Source of the DNA: Trichinella spiralis | Lineage: Eukaryota | Assembly: GCF_000181795.1 (NCBI RefSeq) | Contig: NW_003526941.1 | Location: 6,678,428 to 6,742,427, forward strand | Reading direction: 5' to 3' | DNA length: 64,000 nucleotides | Part shown: positions 36,701 to 48,985 of the stretch, in pieces | Layout: each line of letters begins with the position of its first letter | Position numbering within the stretch: the stretch's first letter is position 1 | Translations under genes and position numbers: made by a program | The notes under the pieces: model-generated | Told to the model about the DNA's origin: nothing | Seen by the model: only the letters and a program-made list of their open reading frames with translations | Database searches by the model: none

Positions 36701-39700
36701 AAATGATAATTTTGCAGTGCTTGAAAGGTGGTTTAGAAAGAGGTGATGGACGATGCTGTTGAAATGAGCTGAGGATGCAATGTTGAATGAACTGATATTT
36801 ATTTAATGAGCATTTGAAGGAGAGGATATTGTTTTCAGGTGGTAACTAGTGCTTTTAAAGCTTGATATGCTTGACTGCATTTCTACGTTCACACAGTTCT
36901 GTTGTTGTTATCTGTGGCAGTTGAACTGTTCGAAGAAGTTGGGAATTTTATCGATTGTCCTGGCAAGTTTGGGATTTGATGTTGTTAGCGTCGACAAATT
37001 AAGATTAAGATAATATACTTTACCAGTGTTATGTGTATTGTTGAACTTTTCCCAAACATTTGTATTTATTTTTTTAGTATAGGTTAGTGATAGGTTGTTT
37101 TGAAGATTTTTCAAATATTCTTGCATTAGCACTTTTGCAAAATATTAAAATGTTTTCTTAATAAATCTTTTTCATGCAGTTTCTTGTTCAGATGATAATA
37201 AATTAATAACAGTTTTATCTTTATTGATGCTTTCTGATGCATTATTGACTGAAAATTTGCTTATTAGCAAAATAGCAAGTTTCTATAAAAATGAAGGAAG
37301 TTTCTATGGAAACTTGTGCATGTATGTATGCATTTATATGTATGTGGTGTATGCGAGTTCATGTAAACTTCCCTCTCTTTCTCTTTTTCTCCATATTTCT
37401 CTGTTTTTTTATCTGTTATTATTTTTTCTCTTTTATATTTATAACTCTCTGAGTGGTTAAAAGCGTTATCGATGTTTGCGTCAAATGAGAAAAGCCCGTA
37501 GTAACGGAATTCTCTGACTGTGCTAGTTGAAAATGTGATCAAGTGATGCCATTCACACACACACGTATACATACACATACACATACATGCCTGCAGCGTT
37601 GAATATATTCCAACTAGACTTAGGCAAGATAAAAAAAATGAAGCAAGTTTTTTATTTGCATCTGAACCGAGCTTCTTCAAAAGCGAACGTTTTTTTTAAA
37701 TATATTATTGCAAATAAATTGAAAAGTGAATACGATAATTAAAGATTCTTCTTTTTTTAATGATAAATATTATTGAACTTTATTATTTCCACGAGATGAG
37801 ATCGAAAAACAAGGAAAAATTTTATGTCTGTCTGAAGTACACATACAATGAATGAGCTGTGCATTCTTATTTTATTTTTATTTTATTATTCTTTTTTGAC
37901 AGCTTTACCATATTAACCAGCTCATTAGACGAATGATTTCCTTTTGATTTCTTGCTTCAGTGCTGCTCTTTTTAACAACAATTAATTAATTTTTCATTTT
38001 CTCCGAGTCACTACTTGTTTATTTATTTATATTATATGTTAGCATTTGACGGATTGGATTGATGTAATTTCAATTTCAGCATATTATTATTATTATTGTT
38101 GCTGCTGCTGGTGCTGGTGATGTATTGTATGATGTGTATTGTGAACTAACTAAGTAACTAGCCTAACCAACTGCTGGTGAAACTGTGCATAAATGAACGG
38201 TAGAATTTGCATGTTTTTCACGTGGAAAGTTTTAATACTGGGCAACTTTTCAGTCAAGGTTATTAATTTGAAATTGCGCCTTTTGGGACAGTTAAGCTTT
38301 GTCTGTAATCTTGCCAAAACTGAACAAAGCCCCAGCAACAACGCGCTTTCTCCAACTCAACGTTGTTCGTTCATTGTAGCCTTGCCATTGCAATCGACAT
38401 GTCAGTTTCTTTGCGACACTGCTTAATACACACAATCTACTGGAACGTCAACATTTTGCAAGGCGAACATAATTTTCCCGGCTTAGACTGCACGTCAGAG
38501 GGGATGTAGCGGGAACCTGTGGAGATGGCCTTTTCAAAAATTGGTCGATTATTTTCATTTTCACGGCTAATTTCACCACCGCTCTACTTGGCATTAATTA
38601 ATCATTAATCAGACTACACGAAAGGAGTTGTGTTTAATTATCGTCCAATCGACATTTGTATGCCCATTCTTTTGAGAAGAGCAAGCCAACTTTCCCCCCC
38701 CCCCTCCCCCTTTGGCACCGGTGTTGTGATTTTCACCCCTCCCCAAACACTTTCATGTCTTATTCAATTTCAAATATTGAAATTTGCTTTTTCAGTTAAT
38801 TAATTAATTAGCATATCCCGATTGTTTATATTTTTGCTCTAGTAATCGTTTAATTGCACGTATGTAAAATCTTATCTGTTTATTAATTTTACCACAAATT
38901 GATGTATTTTGTTTTTTACTTGTAATTTTTGTGATTTTGTTATTATTAATGGTAAATTTTTCTTTTTTATTGTAAAATTGATAAACTTAGCATAACTTAC
39001 TTGATATCATCCGTTTTATTCCTTTTTCAGTATTGTCGTAAAAATGGTCAAAGTTAGATATTTTTTACAAATATGGAATGAAATAGTTTGCTGAATTTTT
39101 TATTTTACTTTATGTTGATAAGATGAAACATCACATGTATTATGTGTGTGTATTTGACGGAGGAGAGTATTGGTGTATCGGGAAAGCACGTCTCTTTTAA
39201 ACTTATCAGAAAATTATTCAACTGAATCGAGACGTATTGGTGCATTTCATTGTTCAAACAGAATCTGCAAAGATGCCTTTTAAAGTGTACGATATTAATT
39301 TGCTGCTCCAATAATGCACGTAGTAATTTCAATTTGATCACGATGATAAGCTGTTGCTGTTGCACTGATTTTCATATTACGTTTTCCAAACATATCTTTT
39401 GAAAGGTAGCGGCGGTTTGAGTAATTATTTAATTTGACGTTTCGGTTTATGATTAATGTGCTTTTCTGCTGGAAAGCAGCAGTGCGGCTTTATTGGTCGA
39501 TTCAATTTTGGTGGCTTGTTCAGTTGCATTAGCTTGTTACGCTTTGCGTGTGTTCATTTGCGGAAAATTTCTGCTCGTGTTTGTTCATGCATGTTGATTT
39601 TGGATGTTCCTGTTCCAAATTTTAAAGTTTTCTTATAAAAAAAAATTATAATTTTTATTATTCGAATTTACGTTTTGCATTACGTTTTTAATTCAGTGAT

Positions 39701-41299
39701 TTTCGCTGAACTTTCGCTAACAACGGCAACAGGGACCAACATTATTATGTCGTGGGAAAGTATTAGCTTTTGATTAATAATACGTTGACGTCTTGCTTAA
39801 AATCCCCAGACAGAGAGCACAGGTTTATATTAAGTTCCTATTTCACCACTGCGGGATACTTTTGTAATTAAATAGAAGTGCGTAATTTCTTTTTACTCGC
39901 TATAAAATATCCATCAAGAAGCGTTCTTCCTTGTTCATGATGATCACCACGAACTCACTGGTGTTGTGTTAATGACAAATTGACATCAGATTTTTTGTGC
40001 AATAAAACAATTCTTTTATCATTTGTCTTTATAATTTTATTAAATTATATTATTTTTATTTTTTTCTAATTTGCGATACATTTGTGATTGAAATAACTTC
40101 AGCAACGATAGGTGATCGCATCACAGTTTACAATCAGCAGCACATGTGGTGGGACAATTTATATCGCGAAATTATCCTTTTATAATTTGCATTTTTATAT
40201 TTTCATATTTGCATTATGTTAGACAAAGGACAAATTTGAAAATCTTTCCTTTTCTGCATTTGATTCAGCAAAAAAATGTGTGAGAAAAGAAAATGTCGAT
40301 GAGCTTAATGTTAATTCAAGAGTGAGCTTTTAATTATTGATTAGTCTATCTGGGGAAAGGGTGTTGGGCAATTAGTAAAATGGAAGCTCGATATCTTGCT
40401 GTGCTTTTTTGTTGAAGCTTATCGGAAAAGCTGTATCACCTTCGGGCAGGTCCATGTGATTTTTGTTTTGTTTCTGCTTTCTTTTAATCTTTTAATTTTA
40501 TTATTTCTGTTTATCCCTTAATAACTAACTGGACATGGTGGAAATAAGCGAGCAGGCAGGTAGGTGCCTGAAGCTTTCAACCAACGTTTTGCGAGCAAAT
40601 TTTCAAACAGCACAGCCGCCAGTTACGGGAGGCGTGTCTTCGAAGCAGCAGTAGCAGCTGCGATGAAGATTTTTTCCACTTTTAAACTTAAACATCTGTG
40701 CATCTGCAACTTTTGGTGCCGCTGATCCATCACCTGACACGATGTACAGCTTGTTTCAAATCAATCAGCACCAATCATTAATGGTCAGCATATAAAAGTA
40801 ATGTTAACAGTTATTAATTTATTTTCTCTTCTTTAACCCCCCCCCCCATTCTCCTTCACTCTTTTTTTCTTTGTCTTTAATCCACGTCAATTTTCACAGA
40901 CCCCCCTCCTCCATTGGTCGATTATTGGAACATCATAGCTACTGTTTTGTGTTACATGGTTATCATCATCATCGTGTCAGGCTATCATTTGATAATCAAT
41001 CTTTTCTCTTTCTTTTTCTATTAAATTTTTTAAATTTCAAATGTTACACACACCCACTTATGCATATTTATTATACTAGGATGAGTTGAAATGTTTAATG
41101 ACATGCAGCACAAAATGACTTATTGACGGTTGCTTATTGTATTGTTTCTTTCTATGATAATTTGATCATTTTGCTAACAGAAATCATTTCAACATTAACA
41201 ACATTTTTAGTTATTTATTTATTCAGTGTAATAAGCATTATATCATATGTTAGCTTTTTTCAGTTTTAGAAATTTTGAATACTTCTGTACTATCACTAC

Positions 41300-41319
41300 T
41301 ACTACTACTAGTAGTAGTA
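41300..41319. repeat. 20-bp perfect palindrome from head-to-head (TAC)n/(GTA)n
   Basis: tactactactagtagtagta is its own reverse complement. Confidence 0.85.
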
Positions 41320-41323
41320 CATG

Positions 41324-41326
<3 letters not shown>

Positions 41327-41406
<80 letters not shown>
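41327..41406. repeat. (TG)40 microsatellite
   Basis: Uninterrupted 80-nt TG run. Confidence 0.97.
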
Positions 41407-41411
<5 letters not shown>

Positions 41412-43113
41412 TAAATAAATTTAGCTTCTTATCACAAATCATACTGACAAATATTTCTCAATATGTGAATTAGTATTTGTTTTTTTATCGAATATTTGAT
41501 GTAAAATTTTGTAAAAACTTTCTTTCTTCTTATTGTTTGTTATGCTTTTTTCAATTGTTGACTTCTCAGATTAGAGGAAATGTTTTTGTGATTATATTTA
41601 TTCTTTTAGCAGTCGATTTAATTTGTTCTTTTATATTCACTTTATTCCACCGCATTTGATTTCGCTTATTTTAAGCATTAACTTTTATATTTTTCTTGTA
41701 TTATTTCATTCTTGTTTCAAAGAAAGCATTATGCTTGTTTATTGAAATCAATAATTTCTAATGTAGATTTATTTTTATTTGAATATTTGAAACAAATTCT
41801 ATCTTTTTCCATTGTTCTTGGTCTGTGGGGAAAGCAGTTTTTTCTTTTCAATGCAACATTTACATTATTTGCTAATGAGCAAGAAAAATTAAATTGTTCG
41901 ATTATTATTATTGTTAAGTATCTTTTTTTGTTTTTTTTTTAATTTTTTAAAATAATTTATTAATTATTAAAATTATATGACCAAGAAACAAATACAGTTT
42001 TCAATTTAGTGCTGTCTGTTTGCTTTATTTGGTTTTTATTTCATTTGATGTGATAATTTGGTAATAATAATAAATTTATTACTTTTTGGCAATTGTTATT
42101 ATTTGTTGGATGAAAAATGTTTTGCTTTGAATTGTTATCAAAATATGAAGTTGTCAGTTAGCGTCATTGTTTTGTTGTTTGTGCGCGTGAGCTGAGATGT
42201 AGTTGAGTTTTGCGTGCGTCATAGGAATAATAATTACGCCATCAGCTGTGTTATAATATATATGTATATATGCTGTTATATGTATATGATGAAAAACAGT
42301 ACTTACTGAAAATCAGTCTTTCATCATCTACTTTCTTATTCGATTATCAATCAGTTTACAAAGAATAGTCATGTTGCTTTTATCATAATCTTTTTAACAA
42401 ATTATGAATTCAGTAATAATAATGATAATGATATCTTTTTGGAATTTGTATGATCAATGTTTCAGCTTTTAGTTGTCATATTTCTGTGACAAATTTGAAC
42501 AGAAATTCTTGCATGTCAGAAATATTTTCATTTTCAGTTGAAAGCATTGATGTTATAATTAAATATTATTGTTGTTGTTATAATTATTTCCTTCAAATCA
42601 TTTTTTTCATTTCTTTGCGTAATTTATCACTTTAGAAGAAGTATATTTATTTTGACTGGCATTGTTGATTTGCCGAAACTTGTCATAGTGAAAGCAAGAA
42701 GCTTGTTGTTTCCCAATGATGGGGAGGGGGCATTTTTTGACACTCACCTCAAATCCAGTGTTGCACTAGCAAATTCTGGGATGTGCCTTTGTTTGACAAG
42801 CAACAATATAGGTTATCAATCAAAGTCTATTTCCATTGAATTTTGCCTCGCATTTCAATACCATTATCCATAACAGCGCTTAAATTTGTTCTTTGTTGTT
42901 CGGCTTCTTTCTCTCTCTCTCTCTCCCTCTCCGTGTGTGTGTGTATGTGTATTATACAGCTTAGCTATTAGCTGGTGATTGTTGTTCTGACAGAATTTTC
43001 AAAACAAATTTTCTTCCTTTTGATGCTATGTCGTATCCGATGTAAATTTTGTTCAACAATTTTGGTTGATTTGTTCGGTTCTGATTGGCGCTTGTAGGCT
43101 TGGTTAGCTACTT

Positions 43114-43127
43114 CTACTAGGTGGCGC
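43114..43127 (+). promoter_or_regulatory. CTCF-like motif upstream of synaptotagmin
   Basis: CTACTAGGTGGCGC matches the CTCF core CCASYAGRKGGCRS at 13 of 14 positions. An ATTGG box lies at 43084-43088. Confidence 0.35.
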
Positions 43128-43324
43128 TGTTTGTTATATTCCATAGCAGCACGGCACTGACCGTCGCTGGCAGCCCCGTTTCACACAGGAAATGAATATT
43201 CTTTCGTTTTCAGTGCTATATGATTATTGTTCTGTTGTTTATTTAGTTGTTGTTGTTGCTTTTTATTTGGTTTCATTATTAATGTTATTTTTAGCAAAGT
43301 TGAGAAGCTTATGGTGTGATAATA

Positions 43325-46300
43325 ATGACTGCTTTGATGTCGCCCGGACTGCCGACAGTGTTCATATCTGGAGAAGATTTGGACACATCGGATAGTGAAG
43401 TTAAGCAAATAGAATTTGTCAAATCAGAAGGGAATGGATTTGTGCCGGCTAGTTCGATTGATGCTTTGTCTTGTGATGAACAATCGCTGGCGGCCAGCAT
43501 CCGTACGGTGTCAGGTGCGGCTAATGAACATCGTGGCTTACAGTCATCGACTGTATCACAGACTTCGATGTGCCTGCTCGACCCGTTGGCTGACGAAGCC
43601 GAACGTCGATCGGTGCTTCATTACGACCTGTGCTACAAGAAAGAACGTACCCGTGGTCAAGTAACTTTTGCATTACGTTACGATTACATTCATCGCATGC
43701 TCATGGTCCACTTGATTCGAGCGCAAAATCTGAAAACGAACGTAATTATATTTATTTTATCTATCTTTGAATTATGTAAATAATTGGATGTAGTTTGTAA
43801 ATAGTTAGTTGACCAACAAAAGTAATAATAATTCAACCGCTCGTAGATATCTCGATACAGTAGTAGAAGTTCAAAGTAAGGTTGTGTTGTTAATTTTTAG
43901 CTATCGTCATATTCGTGAATTTTTCATTGTACAATTTGACACGATGTAGCTATTGATTTGAACGTGCTTTGAGTGAAATTAAGCACACAGCATTGTTGAT
44001 CGAGCATGTTTGTTTAGCGGTTAATTTGAAAGCAGAGCAAAAACCAAGTAGAGTATAGTATAGAATTTAACCTGTCATAAAGTCGGTTTAAGCATTCTTC
44101 AGGGACTACTAACTTATTGAATTGAGCTGTATGAAGTTGTTCTTCTTGATGATGTTCTTGTTGTGTAGCTTTTTTTTAATATTATTATAGTTGTTTTGTT
44201 TTGTTTTTGGTTTCATTGTTCTATCAGCTTCATTAAACTAGCGATTGATGCAGAAAGAGGAAGCAATTGTCCAATTCGAATGCTATTTTATTATAGAATA
44301 AAATTCAGTTAAGTTAACGTGCCCAATAATGTGATGATGCTTTTCTTTTCGGCCACGCAAATTTGTTGCTGCTGCTGCCGCAAGGCATCTTTTACTGTTA
44401 CAATTTTATTGTTGGACAAATGAATTTTTATCGATGCGTTGCACAACGGTTCCATTAGCTTTGCAAATGTATCAACGGTTTCGCAACTTGCTCAACTTGC
44501 TTCATTATTCGGACGTGCTCAAGCTAAAGCCGTTTGGCAATTTATCGGATGGACATGTTTGAAAACGCCTGCCTAATCGTAGTGATAACAAAAACGTTCG
44601 TCGGGAATGGATTATCTTCTTTCGCTTGACGACCATATTAGAGGGGCGGCTATTGCGAATTCTCTTTCCTCGACAGAATTATTTTCCATTTCTGAGCAAC
44701 ATTTCTAATAATCACATTAAAATAATTGTCTGTTTTAGTTTAATTTTTTAAAAGATTGCATATTTTTTATAAGATGATTTATTTCAACATGCATTCGATA
44801 ATTTTTTTTAGTTACTCGTGAGAATATTGAATGACAAATAAAGCTGCTCAGCAGCTGTGAAAATTTTTCTCATAATACGAAGAAAAATTGATAAGGCATG
44901 CAGGTATTAAAAAAAAGAGGAGAATTTTTATATATTTGCGTTAGCGTTTGTGAGTGTAGTAAATATCATCTGTCAACTAACGAATAATTAAACTCACTGC
45001 AGAGTTCAGCTCATTTTTCTATTCTTCAGTTGTTAATTGGTGAGTTCGGTTTTTTCTTTGTTAACTAAAAAGTTTTTTAGAAAAAAAATTAATGATTTTG
45101 CTCAGGTAATTGATTTGCTCTAGTTTTACATATTTCAGAAGTAGGCGAGGAAAAATTAGCATGCACACTCTTCATTTCATTCCCCATTATGCGGATACAA
45201 ATATAGATATACAAGTACGCTGTGTGTATGGGTATAGGAATGTTGCGAATATTTGAAATGATGATGATGAATCAATCAGTGAACAGCAGCAGCGTTTGAG
45301 AATATGAAATTTTTTGTTCAACTTGCTTTTGCTTTTCAGCTTAACAGTTTTTAGTTTGGCTATTCAGTGAATTTCGAAAACAATCAATTTACATCGAGAA
45401 ATTTGTTTTTTGAACTCATCTTTTTTCAACTGCTTTCGCATGCAGCAGTTGCAGACGTATGACGACGTTTTGATATTTGAATTCCATTTATTATTTTCTC
45501 TTGCTTTTAACTGCAGTTTTTTTTTGAAAATGCCTATACTTTGTCTAATAACATGCTTTCTGTTGTGAGAAATTAATTTTCTAATCAATCAATCAATTAG
45601 TCCACTAGTGTTTTTTTTTGTTAATTTCAAGTGGAGATTGTTTTTTAAATTAAGTTATTACATTTATTACAGTTTACATGTTTACGTTATTTTATTTATT
45701 GAAATAAGTATTTGCAGACGTGGACAGATAATTAATTGGTTATCATCATTTTCAATGCTGTGTATTAATTTAAATTGTTCTTTGCATTGGCACTGTTTGT
45801 ACAGTAGCTAACTTTTGCAGTCCAGCTAGGTTGAACAGAAAACTTTTCATTTCTGCCATTAAGGTACGTTTAAAATGTGTACGTTTATTTTATTTTAAAG
45901 TACAGATGTTGACTGCTGCATGTTTCTTTGCAAAAAAATGTACAATGTTTATCTGATGTTTTTTTTGCAACTCTCATCCTTTATCCAATTGTAAACGCGC
46001 GTTGCCATTGCTTTTAATATATAGTTTATTAAGAGCATTTGTAGTTAAATATATTGGACTGGTGGTAAAGATTTGATCAAATGGTGGAGTTCTTTTATAA
46101 ATGCATTCCACTCTTGCTGAACTATTTTTACTTTTTAAATTTTCTATTGAACTATTTCTACTATTTTTACTGTTTCACTTCATGAAGCAGTCGGTGATCA
46201 AAAAGTATTTCTTTGAGCGTTGTTAATTCTATTCATCTATTTATTACCACTCAGAAGGTAACCAACAGTTATCATTATATGAAAATTAATTCTGTATTAT

Positions 46301-48985
46301 TGATGAATAAACAATTTAAGGGTTTATTTTATTTTTTATTGCCTTTTTTTAGAATAGTACTATAAGTAGGCGTATTGAGTTAGTTGCGTAATTGCAATTA
46401 AATCTTTTTCTCTCCTCTTTACCAACATTTTATACAGTTGTATGTTTTGCTTTCAAATTTTTGTTCGCCATAAGTACTTGAACTTCCTTGTTTTATTTTT
46501 GCAATTTTCGAATATTTACGTTTAGCTGTTTTTTGTCATTGTTCGTGATCGTTATTACACTTGAATGAAATTTCAACAATTTCCAACACAGCAGCAACAT
46601 GCTGTGGAAACGGGCGTGAATCCATGAGTAAGCAGTTGTTCGCTATTTTGAGCTTTTTCCAACGATTGATTTTTATCCACTGACGCAAGCTAGGTTTTCT
46701 TTCCAATTCAATGGACACTATAACAATATTCAAATTAGCATTGTTATTGTCATCATTATTGTTGTTGTTGTTGTTGTTGTTATGATTATGACTTTTTGGC
46801 ACAATAACGTAAAGCATTGTTCAAAGCGACTAGTAATAATCTTTGTGATTTGCAAATTTTTCAAAAGTATATTATCAAATTATTAACTTCTTAATCGCAT
46901 CTTATAATCTGTTGATTATAATTTTTTATTTTACTGGCCATTTGTTTAAAAAATAGATACGGCATAATAAACAACAGGAAGTTCTTTTGATATACATGTA
47001 AAATTAAATAAATAAGTTTGCAATCTTTTTATTTGTATTTTATTGGTGTTATGCTTTTTTATTTCATTTCACCCATTTTCATGTGCAACGTACAAATTAG
47101 CAGTATTGCTGTTGGTTGCTTGTTTTTTGTCATCAAGAAAAATGTTTTACGCTTGTTATTATTTATTATTATTATTATTATTGTTATAACACAATGAATG
47201 GATCATTTTAGGATCCTGGTCGTTTACCAAATCCGTACGTTAAAGCTTATTTGCTGCAAGAGAGGCACCACTATTGTCGCAGTCGAATTCATAAAAAGAC
47301 CGAAAATGCTGAATTCAACGAAGTGTTCTCATTCGAAGCGCCAATTGATGGTCTTTCTTCCAGAATGTTGCAGGTATTTTGTTTGTGCTTTTTCTTCTGT
47401 GCATTGTCACCGTGTGGATGATGGTTTGAAAAGTTTAAATTAGTTTATTCATGAGTATGTTATTTATAAATTATTACTCGATTTTTGAAAAATTGAAATG
47501 TTCCTATTTTACAAAACTGTGTATACTCTTGTGATTTGCATAGATTTATTCAAGAAGTTGTATGTGTGATATTTTATTTTATATTGATCTGTTTTTGTTG
47601 CAGAGAGTTTCCTATTATTATTGGTCAAGATTTTGATTGTAATATTGGCGTCATTATAGTTAACAGTTTACGACTATGAACGGATCAAACGTCATGACAT
47701 TATTGGCAACGTTATTATGCGTGATTTGTTGGAAAAATCTGATTTATCCTCTTGGACCGAGTACACTATGCATGTTGTTGACAATGATGTAAGTATCTTC
47801 TTGTTAACGGTTATTTATTTTTAGCTGTTATTTGGAGAAACGGCTTTTCACATTCTTCTTTTATTCTTTAGAACAACTTTCTTTGAAATTGACAATTCAT
47901 TCTAAAGTTACAACTGCTCTAATGGAATGAAAATCAATTGTAGATGTTTTAAATACATTTTTATAATTGATTTAATAATGAAAATTAATAAATTCGAACG
48001 TAAAATATCATTATATCTTTACACGCAGTGGAACAGAGATAATGGCAATGGCAAAAGTTATCCTTTTTTCTCGTACAATGGATGCACTTTTGAAAAACAT
48101 ATTATGTTTTTTGTTTGAATATTTTCAAATAATTTTTATTTCAGAAGAAAGATGACTACGGGGATATTTTATTGTATTTGAATTTTAACAAGAATGATGA
48201 AAAATTGCATTTTACCGTTGCCAGAGCTTATAATCTTCGTCCAATGGACATCACCGGTGCTTCAGGTGTGTGCAATCAGTTAGTTTCACTGCTTCAAATT
48301 TAAATTTATTTACTTCAATTCACCTATGCAAATCGATTGTCAGTGATATTGTTTTTGTTTATTGAAGAATTTATTATTGTTTTGAAATATGATTTGTTTA
48401 ATTACTTTTATCATAATTGCTCTGTAATGGCGATGCTTATTTCAGATCCGTATGTAAAAATTATTCAACTGAACCAGCGAAAACGAGTGAAAAAAAAGAA
48501 AACTTCCATAAAAAGAGCCAATTTGCATCCCGTATACAACGAAAACTTAACGTTCGACTTGCCACGTCAGCAAATTCGAGACACCAGTTTTTTGGTGAAA
48601 GTAATGGACTGGGACAGGTGAACATTGGCAAGCTATTTTTGGAAATAAAATTCTTCTATAACTTTCCATAGTAGTTATTTATTAATTATTCTTTTTTTTT
48701 TGAATTTGCATTTCTGAATGCAGAATTGGCAGTGATGATTTGCTTGGCTGTTGCATAATTGGATCGGAAAGTGTTACGAAAGAGGGCCGTGAACAGTGGG
48801 AACGTTGCGTGCTTCAGAGTAGCGAGGAAAGCAACTGCTCTCAGGAATCACTGACAAATGGAATGTGGCATTCATTGCTTCCGGATGTACCGGAAGATTT
48901 TTGCCGACTGCCTAATTTTTCCAAAGAAAAGAAAGAAAGAAGGTCTATGCGATTTCGTTTGAAAACTTTCAGTGGCAGACGTTGA
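43325..48985 (+). CDS. Synaptotagmin-like tandem C2-domain protein, 6 coding exons, ~420 aa, no TM visible
   Basis: Exons 43325-43741, 47212-47373, 47660-47788, 48145-48265, 48446-48617 and 48724-48985. All GT-AG; 1263 nt in frame. C2A: GQVTFALRYDY...AQNL...PNPYVK...FNEVFSF...LTVYDYERIKRHDIIG. C2B: GDILLYL...AYNLRPMDITGASDPYVK...KKKKTSIKRANLHPVYNE...VMDWDRIGSDDLLG...WHSL. Confidence 0.9.
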
